NCBI GenBank assembly: GCA_964570875.1
Contig: CAZMZE010000012.1
Coordinates: forward strand, 73,948-137,947
DNA from: an uncultured Dehalococcoidia bacterium
GTDB lineage: Bacteria > Chloroflexota > Dehalococcoidia > Lucifugimonadales > CATQGZ01
Direction: 5' to 3'
Length of the DNA stretch: 64,000 nucleotides
Shown: in pieces, positions 1-8,742 of the stretch
Numbering within the stretch: the stretch's first letter is position 1
Layout of the letters: every line of letters starts with the position of its first letter
Notes under the pieces: generated by a model
The model's database searches: none
Told to the model about the DNA's origin: nothing
The model's input: the letters and a program-made list of their open reading frames with translations, nothing else
Program-made: the position numbers and the translations under genes

Positions 1-2
1 AA

Positions 3-245
3 TCAGCGCCAATTTCAAGTAGATTATCCGAATATTCTAGAAAAATTCCATATGGAGCGACTGTAGCAATAATTGTGGCACTGGTAGAAGCCGATCTAGT
101 TTATGTGTTAGCTGATATGAGCAAAATTGGTCTGAAAATTGTTGTTTTGTATGTGGGAACTCCGCCATGTCCTAAGCTACCTCTAGGAGTTATTGTCTAC
201 GAGATATCTGATTACCTGGATAAATTAGAGTATTCAAATGAATGA
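3..245 (+). CDS. 3' end of an upstream CDS entering from the left window edge (possibly DUF58/vWA-like)
   Basis: Frame 3 is open from the window edge to TGA at 243-245 (...GATVAIIVALVEADLVYVLADMSKIGLKIVVLYVGTPP...LEYSNE*). Its stop overlaps the next ATG (ATGAATGA), which suggests operon coupling. It is missing from the ORF track only because its start lies outside the window. The family guess rests on the common DUF58 -> DUF4129 gene order, not on a search. Confidence 0.35.
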   Translation, partial: SAPISSRLSEYSRKIPYGATVAIIVALVEADLVYVLADMSKIGLKIVVLYVGTPPCPKLPLGVIVYEISDYLDKLEYSNE

Positions 246-1644
246 CAATGCTAACAAGTTGCTCCCATTTAGTATCTTGATATTAGAGTTCGTTTTAGTT
301 TACGTTCTTATATCGGTGTTGAGTATCATCAGTGGCCACGAGGAGAGTCTCATTGGATGGGTTCAGATAGCATTGATGATCACATCGGCTTATCTTGTCT
401 CAGCAACAATAAATGCATACAGACTTCCATCGCATATTGCTCGCTGTTTCATGGGCGTTGTGGGCATGATGGCCATATACGTTTTCATAGGAAGTCATAT
501 TGGTGCCAACCACACAAATATCGATTTGGCTTGGGTTGTTTATTTTCTATCAGATGACCATCCCGAAGGATTCAGCAAGTTTGTTGTGGGTGGTGGGTTT
601 GTGGGGGCAGCATTATGGTACCTTGGTGCTGAGATTGCCTTCTCAGAAGACATCATTGATAAGTTGAATTTCAGCTTTAGAATAGGCCTCCTTATTTTGG
701 GAGCATCAGTGATTGTCGATCTATTTACTGCTTCACATATGTATGTAATAGAATTTATGGCCTTGTTCTTTTTTGCTGCTTTGGCGGGATTTTGTATGAG
801 CAATATAAGCTCATCTTCAGTTAGTCAAAGTGGACAGCGCCCGTGGCTTTTTACTTTCGGATTTATAACTGCAGGACTATTGGCAGTAGGTTTAATAATG
901 GCTGGTTTTGAAAAGTTCATTTTGTCTTTGCTGGTAGGTCCAATATTGAAAGCAATTGGTTTCGCTACTTCGATTGTGTTTTATATTGTGGTCTGGCCGT
1001 TGGCTTACCTGCTGGGATTTCTGGTCCAAGGCGTAGTAAAACTATTTTCTTTGCTGGGAGGTGAAACTGACTTTGATGTAGATAGTCTAGGGGAATTTGG
1101 CCAGCAAGTTGAGCAAAGAAGAGAAATAGAAACGGCTTCATCACCGGGATATCTAGCCTATTTTGAATGGGTGCTCCTAGCGTGCTTATTGGTCCTATTG
1201 TTGATTTTTTTGTTTAGAGCATTCAGGAAGCGTTTTGGACTTCAAGATAGGAAAACATACGAGTTCAGGGAATCTTTATCTGGCCAGCGGTTGCCTCTTT
1301 CGGATATGTATACATTATTGAAAGGCTTGTTACCTGAAAGATTAAAAAATAGAGGCAGTAAAGTTATGTACTCTATACCTGATGGTGATCCATTACTGAC
1401 AGAAATCTTCAGGTTATACTACAAGCTTTTGTCCATTGCTGAAGAGAAAGGTTTTGGAAGGAAACTGTGGGAAACCCCAAATGAATATAAGTCAAAGCTA
1501 GCAAGGATATTCCCTGCGGACATTTCAGAAAAAGCTACGAAGGCTTTCAACAAAGCCTGCTACGGCAGTCGCACATCAAGTACAGAGGTTATACAGGACA
1601 TGGAGTCTTACTTGAATAATATCTCTTCAGAGGAACAAAAATAA
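238..1644 (+). CDS. polytopic membrane protein with C-terminal DUF4129-like cytoplasmic domain
   Basis: 468 aa. About 9 hydrophobic segments are followed by a soluble tail (EIFRLYYKLLSIAEEKGFGRKLWETPNEYKSKLARIFP...AFNKACYG) that resembles the DUF4129 pattern. No Cys-His-Asp transglutaminase core is visible. Confidence 0.5.
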   Translation: MNDNANKLLPFSILILEFVLVYVLISVLSIISGHEESLIGWVQIALMITSAYLVSATINAYRLPSHIARCFMGVVGMMAIYVFIGSHIGANHTNIDLAWVVYFLSDDHPEGFSKFVVGGGFVGAALWYLGAEIAFSEDIIDKLNFSFRIGLLILGASVIVDLFTASHMYVIEFMALFFFAALAGFCMSNISSSSVSQSGQRPWLFTFGFITAGLLAVGLIMAGFEKFILSLLVGPILKAIGFATSIVFYIVVWPLAYLLGFLVQGVVKLFSLLGGETDFDVDSLGEFGQQVEQRREIETASSPGYLAYFEWVLLACLLVLLLIFLFRAFRKRFGLQDRKTYEFRESLSGQRLPLSDMYTLLKGLLPERLKNRGSKVMYSIPDGDPLLTEIFRLYYKLLSIAEEKGFGRKLWETPNEYKSKLARIFPADISEKATKAFNKACYGSRTSSTEVIQDMESYLNNISSEEQK

Positions 1645-2489
1645 TGGGTCTGGTTTTAGATGGTGTCAGTTTCGCAACTGATTTACAGATTTGGCAGATT
1701 GTTCTTCTCACTGTGGCCTCTACCGTTATTGGTGTACTAGGAGGGTTCGTTGGTTTAGCACTTGGCAGCATACGGTTGCCTATCCTATTGCTGGTTGGAA
1801 TGTCCATGCCAACAGCAGCAGGAACAAATATTCTTGTAAGCAGCTTGACCGCAATGATTGGTTCTTTGAGGCACTTAAAAGCGGGGCGTATTGATTTTAG
1901 AGTGTTGGTGACAATGGGCCTACCGTCAATAATTGGCGCTTTTATTGGAGGATTCTGGAGCAGTATGGTGCCAGAATTCTATCTTATTACTCTAATTGCA
2001 ATTTTGGTCGGTTGGCAGGGAATAGAATTTGTGTTTATGGCACGTAATGACATTGAAAAAAAGGCTAGCAATGGCCAAGAGAATTCAACAATTTCGTCCT
2101 CAAACGTATGGTCGAAGAATCAATATACCGTAGGAGCTCTTACTGGATTAGGAATCGGGATTTTGGGTGGTGCCGTAGGGCTTATATTAGGCAGCATAAG
2201 GCTTCCGGTGCTCGTTAGAATCCTTAGAATGGATCCTAGAGTAGTAGCAGGAACCAACATGATGATTGGATTTTCCCTTGGTTCAATGGGATGGATCGCT
2301 CATGCAACCCGAGGTGAAGTAGATTATCTTGTTCTTATATTAATGGGAGTAGGAGCCATGATCGGGAGTCAATACGGGGCTAAATTAACTGGACGCGTGA
2401 ATGTTAATACACTTATTTTAGTCATGGGTATAGTTCTGACTTTAATAGGCGTTGTGATGTTTTCGCAAGCTATAGTCAGGATTAGATAG
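1644..2489 (+). CDS. TauE/SafE (TSUP) family anion/sulfite exporter permease
   Basis: 281 aa, all-membrane. Two internal repeats carry the family glycine-rich motif (GVLGGFVGLALGSIRLPILL and GILGGAVGLILGSIRLPVLV). The start overlaps the previous stop (TAATG). Confidence 0.8.
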   Translation: MGLVLDGVSFATDLQIWQIVLLTVASTVIGVLGGFVGLALGSIRLPILLLVGMSMPTAAGTNILVSSLTAMIGSLRHLKAGRIDFRVLVTMGLPSIIGAFIGGFWSSMVPEFYLITLIAILVGWQGIEFVFMARNDIEKKASNGQENSTISSSNVWSKNQYTVGALTGLGIGILGGAVGLILGSIRLPVLVRILRMDPRVVAGTNMMIGFSLGSMGWIAHATRGEVDYLVLILMGVGAMIGSQYGAKLTGRVNVNTLILVMGIVLTLIGVVMFSQAIVRIR

Positions 2490-2518
2490 ATTTAGTTAAT
2501 TAGCCACGGCATATTTAT

Positions 2519-2561
2519 ATTATCTGACACGCGTAAACGGGATCAGTGTTAGTCAGATAAT
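2519..2561. terminator. hairpin between convergent genes (possible bidirectional terminator)
   Basis: ATTATCTGAC (2519-2528) and GTCAGATAAT (2552-2561) form a perfect 10-bp inverted repeat with a 23-nt loop. It lies between the TauE stop (2489) and the stop of the minus-strand acyl-CoA dehydrogenase (2602). There is no clear U-tract, so confidence is low. Confidence 0.25.
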
Positions 2562-2601
2562 CAGAGATTGGGCCATGTCTATCAATATCAAGTAATTATT
2601 G

Positions 2602-3798
2602 CTAGCCTCTGGGTAGGCCCAGTCCCCGTGTCGCTATGATATTACGCTGAATTTCGGATGTTCCTGCTCTCACGGTGAACGAAATCGAGTCCATCCACTC
2701 CCTGCCAAATCTCCCATCGAACATCCCACTATGAGAGCCAATGTTGAGAAGTCCGTAATTACCCGTAACCTTTACGCCTAAATTTGCTATTTGTTGTGCA
2801 ATTTCGCTACCCATAAGTTTAGAAATGGATGCCTCCTTATTTGGAACTAGGCCTGTATGCTGCATCCAGCCGATTTTGTAGGCAATCATTCTCCCGGCCT
2901 CGTTAGCAGTCCACAACTTCGACAAATTGTGAAGGATCAAACTCCCTTGGTAAGAATACCGACCAGATACTTCAGCGGGCTTCAATATTTGAACCAGCTC
3001 TTCGATATTTCTGCGGTTCCATGAGAATTGGGCTATACCAGATCTCTCGAAATCTAAGCTTGCAGCGGCTACATACCACCCTTGATTTTCGTCCCCAACC
3101 ATATTCTCCACGGGTACTCGGACGTTTGTAAAAAATATCTGGTTGAAGTACTGCAGGCCGTACATATTGATTATTGGCCTTATTTCTATTCCAGGTGTAT
3201 CCATATCGACAATGAATACACTGATCCCTCGGTGCTTTCTTGCCTCATTATCCGTTCGGGCCATAAGGTAACATCTATTAGCTCTATGGGCGCCGCTGGT
3301 CCATATTTTCGAACCATTTAATACAAAATGATCGTCATCTTTAACAGCACTAAGCTGAAGAGACGCTAAATCTGATCCTGATTCTGGTTCGCTAAATCCT
3401 TGACAATAGACATCATCACCATTTGCTATGGCTGGAAGGAAGACGGCTTTTTGTTCCTTAGTGCCATATCGCATCAGTGTAGGACCGACAAGTTCGACTC
3501 CTATCATAGAGTCTCGAGTGGGAGCTCTAAAATAAGCTGTTTCTTCGTTATATATCATTTGGTCTAGGTGTGAGCGTCCTTGGCCGCCATATTTCGTAGG
3601 CCAACCCAGTGTGAGCCACCCATTGTCGGCAAGCTCCTTTGTAAGATTCCTGATGAATGGCCAATTTTCGTCCGTGAAATATGAGTCTGGGTCAATACCT
3701 TGCCAATTCGAACCTAAATACTCTCTGAGGAAATGCCGTATTTCACTTCGAAAACCTTCTTGTTCAGGCGTAAATTTGAATTCCAATACCATCTCCAA
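2602..3798 (-). CDS. acyl-CoA dehydrogenase family protein
   Basis: 398 aa. Shows the N-terminal LTPEQ-like start (FTPEQEGFRSEIRHF), a GFSEPESGSDLASL motif and a C-terminal AGTSEIQRNIIA motif, all typical of the ACAD fold. The start codon is TTG. Confidence 0.85.
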   Translation of the reverse strand: MEMVLEFKFTPEQEGFRSEIRHFLREYLGSNWQGIDPDSYFTDENWPFIRNLTKELADNGWLTLGWPTKYGGQGRSHLDQMIYNEETAYFRAPTRDSMIGVELVGPTLMRYGTKEQKAVFLPAIANGDDVYCQGFSEPESGSDLASLQLSAVKDDDHFVLNGSKIWTSGAHRANRCYLMARTDNEARKHRGISVFIVDMDTPGIEIRPIINMYGLQYFNQIFFTNVRVPVENMVGDENQGWYVAAASLDFERSGIAQFSWNRRNIEELVQILKPAEVSGRYSYQGSLILHNLSKLWTANEAGRMIAYKIGWMQHTGLVPNKEASISKLMGSEIAQQIANLGVKVTGNYGLLNIGSHSGMFDGRFGREWMDSISFTVRAGTSEIQRNIIATRGLGLPRG

Positions 3799-3867
3799 TA
3801 TTATTGGTCTGATTTGCAGATAAATTGGGGAAAAGGTCAGAAATTACTAGCGGTGGCTTGCTTGGAA

Positions 3868-4806
3868 TTATTGATTCCATTCTCGACGTTCTATATATCT
3901 CTGTGCAGATATTGCAGCTGTTGCCCCATCACCTGCAGAGCTTATCAGTTGTGCTGCTGAATGTTGGCGAATGTCTCCAGCGGCCAGTATTCCCTTTACC
4001 TTAGTTCTCATCAATAGGTCTGTTGGGATGTGTCCTGCACCATCAAGAGGCAGGAGGTTATTTAGATATTGTGTGTTTGGGGATAAACCTATGTATATGA
4101 ACAGTCCGTGTAGGCTTAAGACAGATCTTTCGCCAGATAGAATATTGTTTAGAGTGACTGCTTCAACGCCAGATTGCCCATTAATGGATTCAATGACAGT
4201 TTGATTTATAATCTCGATTTTGGGATTAGCTTTCACTCTGTCTTGCAAAAGCCGCTGGCCCACAAATTCTTTGCCTTTGTGTATCAGGAAAACCTTAGAA
4301 GCAAATTCTGTTAATGTTACAGCCTCATCTAATGCGGAATCTCCACCGCCAACAACTCCCACTACCTGGTCTTTGAAAAACGCACCATCACACGTGGCGC
4401 AATAAGACACCCCAGTCCCGTGGTTTTCTTTTTCGCCTGGGATGCCCAAGTGCTTTAGTGAAGATCCTCCGGCAATGATTACTGCCACAGAACTAATCAG
4501 ATCACCGTTTTGAGTTTCAATAGAAATCCCAGACGGTTTCTGTTGAATATTCTTGACTTCGTCAAGTTCCAATTCAAGCCCATATTTAGTAGCTTGGTCC
4601 TGTACCAATATGGTCAACTCAGCTCCAGATATCCCATCAGGAAAACCAGGAAAATTTTCAATGATTTCTGCGTTTATGATCTGTCCCCCAGTCATAAGTC
4701 GCTCAAGCAGCAAGGTTTTTATGCCAGATCTGGAAGCATACAAGCCAGCTGTCATACCAGCTAAACCGCCTCCCACAATTATTAATTCATATTCGCGTTT
4801 ACTCAT
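3868..4806 (-). CDS. trxB: thioredoxin-disulfide reductase
   Basis: 312 aa. FAD motif IVGGGLAGMTAG, redox-active CATCDG, NADPH motif GGGDSALDEA. Confidence 0.9.
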   Translation of the reverse strand: MSKREYELIIVGGGLAGMTAGLYASRSGIKTLLLERLMTGGQIINAEIIENFPGFPDGISGAELTILVQDQATKYGLELELDEVKNIQQKPSGISIETQNGDLISSVAVIIAGGSSLKHLGIPGEKENHGTGVSYCATCDGAFFKDQVVGVVGGGDSALDEAVTLTEFASKVFLIHKGKEFVGQRLLQDRVKANPKIEIINQTVIESINGQSGVEAVTLNNILSGERSVLSLHGLFIYIGLSPNTQYLNNLLPLDGAGHIPTDLLMRTKVKGILAAGDIRQHSAAQLISSAGDGATAAISAQRYIERREWNQ

Positions 4807-4849
4807 CTTACGTGCATGGATCCATGTTCTTAATAAGGCGCACCATAAC

Positions 4850-6178
4850 CTAAATCATCCCTTGATTACGTAAATCTATAAGAGCTTTCTCGGTTGCCGA
4901 AACAGTATCCTGAATGTCAGTTTCAGTGTGAGCAGCCATAACTATGAAACGAGTTCCTGCATGTATTCCATGGTTCATCATGGCTAACTCCAACTGTGTT
5001 TTCCTACCGGGGTGATCAATAATCTCAGTTTCTTGAGGTGAAAGTATACATACTTCTCGGTCACATTCGTGATCAACTCCTAGTCTGAGCCATATACATG
5101 AAGCAATGCCAGACACGCATCCCGGTATTTCGTTTTGAGCCAGCATGTCGTTCAAACCGTTTTTCAGCATGTCAGCCATCGCGTTGGCGGTGTCATTGAT
5201 GGGATTGTGCTTCACTATACTGAGGGCTTGTATGCCAGCCGCCGCCGATAGAGGGTTGGCATTAAAAGTGCCATTATGTTGGACTCTCCTAGAATTATCG
5301 TGAACAGGATCACCAGTCATTTCTATCATGTTTATAATCTCAGCCTTACCTGCTACCGCTCCACCCGGGAGCCCTCCTCCAAGTATCTTTGCCATTGTGC
5401 ACATATCAGGGGTTATCCCATAGTACTCTTGAGCCCCTCCCCTAGAAGTTCGAAAACCAGTAACAACCTCGTCAAATATCAACACTACACCATATTGTCT
5501 CGTAGCCTCTCTTAGCCCTTTTACAAAATCTTGAGTTACTGCATGTTGGCCCATGTGTGACCCGGTAGGCTCCAATATGATGGCGGCTATATCCGACCTT
5601 TGGCTGAGTGTTAGTTCTACTGCGTTGAGGTCGTTGGGGGGAAGAACAATCATGCTGTCTAGTGTTTCCTCCGGTATGCCCCCAACAACAGAATTACCTG
5701 CCATGGCATAGTCATGCCAACCATGGAAGTGGTCTTGAAATTTGATGATTTTGTTTTTACCTGTATACGCCCTGGCCATCCGGAATGCCATCATGGTGGC
5801 CTCTGTACCAGAACTGTGAAAACGAACTTTTTCAGCACAATCAATCAGGTCTGTCACGAGATTTCCCCACTCTATTTCTAAATCTGTAGATGCGCTGAGA
5901 TGAGTTCCGAGTTGCATTTGCTTGGTTACAGCTTCAACGATATCAGGGTGAGAGTGGCCTAGGATTAGAGATCCATGACCAGTGTAGTAATCGATAAGTT
6001 TGTTCCCGTCTACATCCCATTTGTGCGGTCCGAGACCGTGAGTTGCGTATATTGGGAAAGGGCTCAGGCGTCTGGTGTCGTGAGTTACACCGTCTGGAAA
6101 AAGATTCTTGGCTTCAGCGTGGCGCTCAGCCGAACCGGGATGCCCATCAATGTATTGTTGCTCAATTGCTGTGACCAT
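4850..6178 (-). CDS. class-III (GSA-aminomutase-like) PLP aminotransferase, paralog A
   Basis: 442 aa. Motifs: GHSHP, SGTEATMMAFRMAR, FDEVVTGFR, and the PLP-lysine context TMAKILGGGLPGGA. RBS GAGGTG lies 8 nt upstream of the ATG. Confidence 0.85.
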   Translation of the reverse strand: MVTAIEQQYIDGHPGSAERHAEAKNLFPDGVTHDTRRLSPFPIYATHGLGPHKWDVDGNKLIDYYTGHGSLILGHSHPDIVEAVTKQMQLGTHLSASTDLEIEWGNLVTDLIDCAEKVRFHSSGTEATMMAFRMARAYTGKNKIIKFQDHFHGWHDYAMAGNSVVGGIPEETLDSMIVLPPNDLNAVELTLSQRSDIAAIILEPTGSHMGQHAVTQDFVKGLREATRQYGVVLIFDEVVTGFRTSRGGAQEYYGITPDMCTMAKILGGGLPGGAVAGKAEIINMIEMTGDPVHDNSRRVQHNGTFNANPLSAAAGIQALSIVKHNPINDTANAMADMLKNGLNDMLAQNEIPGCVSGIASCIWLRLGVDHECDREVCILSPQETEIIDHPGRKTQLELAMMNHGIHAGTRFIVMAAHTETDIQDTVSATEKALIDLRNQGMI

Positions 6179-6303
6179 ATATTTTGCACCTCTAGAACCT
6201 TGTGAACGACTTATTTTAAAAGTTTTTATATTCTATCCTTGTATTATAATCTTGGCAGGCGAGGATGCAATGCATACTTCTGATTTGAAAGGCTGGAAAT
6301 CAA

Positions 6304-7470
6304 ATGGAAAGCTATCTTGATCATTTAGAATGTACCTACTGTGGATCGATTTTCTCTGCTGGCGAAATCCATAGGCTATGTAAGAACTGTGGCAAAGTTC
6401 TCTATGCAAGATACGATTTGGAAAAAGTAAGTAATGTATTGAATCGCGAAGACATGGTCGGTCGCAATTCAAATATGTGGAGATATCGAGAGCTTCTGCC
6501 CGTGCTTCAAGAAGAAAACATTGTTAGCCTAGGTGAAGGATGGACACCGATATTCCCGGCAAGACGGCTTGCCGGCGAACTACAATTAGAAAAACTTTTT
6601 ATTAAAGATGAAGGGCTGAATCCAACGGCATCTTTTAAGGCTCGTGGACTTTCTGCGGCAGTTTCTAAAGCGAAGGAACTTGGCGTCGAGCGTCTGACAA
6701 TGCCATCAGCAGGTAACGCAGCTGGGGCTATGTCGGCCTATGCTGCCCGGGCTGGTCTCGAGTCCCATATATTCATGCCCCGAGATGCCCCTGAAGCAAA
6801 CAAAAAAGAGGCCGTTATTACGGGAGCAGATGTGACCCTGGTGGATGGACTTATCAGCGATGCAGGGATAATTTCTCGACGTGAGGCTGGTGAAAGAAAT
6901 TTATTTGATATATCGACACTGCAGGAACCCTATCGAGTTGAGGGGAAAAAGACATTGGGTTTTGAAATTGCAGAGCAAATGGGCTGGAAATTACCAGACG
7001 CAATAATATATCCAACTGGGGGCGGCACAGGTATAGTGGGAATGTGGAAGGCTTTTGAGGAAATGGAGAAAATTGGATGGATTGATAGCAAACGGCCTAA
7101 GATGTTCTGCGTACAATCAGAAGGATGTGCTCCTATAGTAAGAGCATTTGAAAACGGCAGCGAATTTGCAGAACCTTGGGAGAACGCTCAAACGATAGCG
7201 GCAGGTATGCGAGTACCAGGTGCGATAGGGGATTATTTGATTCTAAAAGCTATCCGGGAAAGCGGCGGTAATGTTGAAACCGTAGACGATAGTGAGATAA
7301 GACGCTGGATGAAAATTGTCGGAAAATTAGAAGGGATTTTTGTTTGTCCAGAAGGTGCGGCTACTGTGGCGGCGCTTACCAAGCTCGTAGAGCGAGATTT
7401 GCTTGCCCCAAATGAGAACATACTCCTTTTAAACACAGGGTCTGGATTAAAGAATCTGGAACTTTTGTAG
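6304..7470 (+). CDS. threonine-synthase-like PLP enzyme (tryptophan-synthase beta fold) with N-terminal zinc ribbon
   Basis: 388 aa. N-terminal CxxC-x12-CxxC (CTYCG...CKNCG), PLP-lysine motif SFKARG, glycine loop PTGGGTG. Confidence 0.75.
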   Translation: MESYLDHLECTYCGSIFSAGEIHRLCKNCGKVLYARYDLEKVSNVLNREDMVGRNSNMWRYRELLPVLQEENIVSLGEGWTPIFPARRLAGELQLEKLFIKDEGLNPTASFKARGLSAAVSKAKELGVERLTMPSAGNAAGAMSAYAARAGLESHIFMPRDAPEANKKEAVITGADVTLVDGLISDAGIISRREAGERNLFDISTLQEPYRVEGKKTLGFEIAEQMGWKLPDAIIYPTGGGTGIVGMWKAFEEMEKIGWIDSKRPKMFCVQSEGCAPIVRAFENGSEFAEPWENAQTIAAGMRVPGAIGDYLILKAIRESGGNVETVDDSEIRRWMKIVGKLEGIFVCPEGAATVAALTKLVERDLLAPNENILLLNTGSGLKNLELL

Positions 7471-7541
7471 ATTACAGGAGATTGATTAAGCCTTGTATCG
7501 TTGGATTTCTTAATTAAGTTAATATAAAGAATATAAGGCAG

Positions 7542-8678
7542 TTACCTGTGCATTACCCTTCCGTGGATATTGGGATCCTGAAGATCAATGGAACTAGATT
7601 TTTCAGTTTGGATGTCCATACCAGTATTCGGTCGCAAAATGATTTTACAGGCGTCTCCGTTAGCAAGTAACTGCATAGCCTCTTCAATCTTATCCATGCC
7701 CATTTCGTGAGTTATAAGTGGTTTCAAATTAACCACTCCGCTTTCCATCATCCAGCGCGTTTTGTACCAAGTATCAAATATGCGCCGACCGTTTAATGCC
7801 AGTACAGTCAAATTTTTGAAGATCATACTCTCGGCCACGTCAATCCGAACAGGACTAGAGGGGATTCCGAAAAGTGTGATTCTTCCCCCGTTTCTAACGC
7901 CTCTAAAGGCTGAATCTATTGCTGATGGCGCCCCGCTCATCTCCAGTACAATATCAACACCATACCCTTCGTTTGCATCAGCTAGCCAATTAACGATGTC
8001 TCCTTCCTCGACGTTTCGGGCATTTAGAGTTGCATCAGCACCCATTTTTTTGGCTAAATTTAGACGAAAGTCATTCAAATCTACGGCTAATACAAGAGCA
8101 GCACCCGAAGCTTTGGCAATTGCTACAGAGAAAAGACCGACCGGCCCACATCCTAAAACTCCGACACTCTGTCCTGCGATATCGTGAGCTAGGGTAGCGA
8201 AAATACCGTTTCCAAAAGGTTCCTGGAGTGTGGCAATTTCGGGAGGTAGCTTCGTTCTGTCATTTGGCCAGATGACTTTTTCCGGAAGAGCTATGTATTC
8301 CGCAAACGCTCCGTCTCGGTCAACACCCAAAATTCGAGTCTTGGGACACATATGCAGTTGCCCGGTGCGACATTGGAAACACATCCCACAGGTGATATGG
8401 CTTTCAGCAGATACATAGTCTCCTACCGAAACATGCTGGACGGAGGTCCCAATTTGTACAACTGTACCAGCAAATTCGTGGCCAATGGTCAAAGGGGTCT
8501 TAATTCTTTGGGAACTCCATTCATCCCACTCCCATATATGTAAGTCTGTTCCACATAAACTAGCGGCTTCAATTGCTACCAAGACCTCGTCATCTCTCAC
8601 TTTGGGAACAGGTATTTCGTCTACCACTAAACCCTTGCCAGGTGAGATTTTTCTCACGGCGACCATTTTTTTGGGCAT
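7542..8678 (-). CDS. Zn-dependent medium-chain dehydrogenase, L-threonine 3-dehydrogenase-like
   Basis: 378 aa. Catalytic Zn motifs CGTDLH and GHEFAG, structural Zn cluster CGMCFQCRTGQLHMC, Rossmann motif GCGPVG. About 30 aa longer at the C-terminus than typical Tdh. Confidence 0.8.
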   Translation of the reverse strand: MPKKMVAVRKISPGKGLVVDEIPVPKVRDDEVLVAIEAASLCGTDLHIWEWDEWSSQRIKTPLTIGHEFAGTVVQIGTSVQHVSVGDYVSAESHITCGMCFQCRTGQLHMCPKTRILGVDRDGAFAEYIALPEKVIWPNDRTKLPPEIATLQEPFGNGIFATLAHDIAGQSVGVLGCGPVGLFSVAIAKASGAALVLAVDLNDFRLNLAKKMGADATLNARNVEEGDIVNWLADANEGYGVDIVLEMSGAPSAIDSAFRGVRNGGRITLFGIPSSPVRIDVAESMIFKNLTVLALNGRRIFDTWYKTRWMMESGVVNLKPLITHEMGMDKIEEAMQLLANGDACKIILRPNTGMDIQTEKSSSIDLQDPNIHGRVMHR

Positions 8679-8742
8679 TTATGTAATTCTCCCTATTTTA
8701 GAATAAACGTATTGAATCAATCTGAACTTTATTTATATTTGC

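Noticed and set aside
7509-7518. Small AT-rich palindromes and short inverted repeats in other spacers: CTTAATTAAG at 7509-7518, GATATCATATC at 35754-35764, TTATGA-AA-TCATAA near 51886-51899, AAACCT...AGGTTT at 54969-54993.
   Set aside because: Arms are 5-6 bp in AT-rich DNA with no flanking U-tracts or positional logic. This is within chance expectation, so I did not report them as features.
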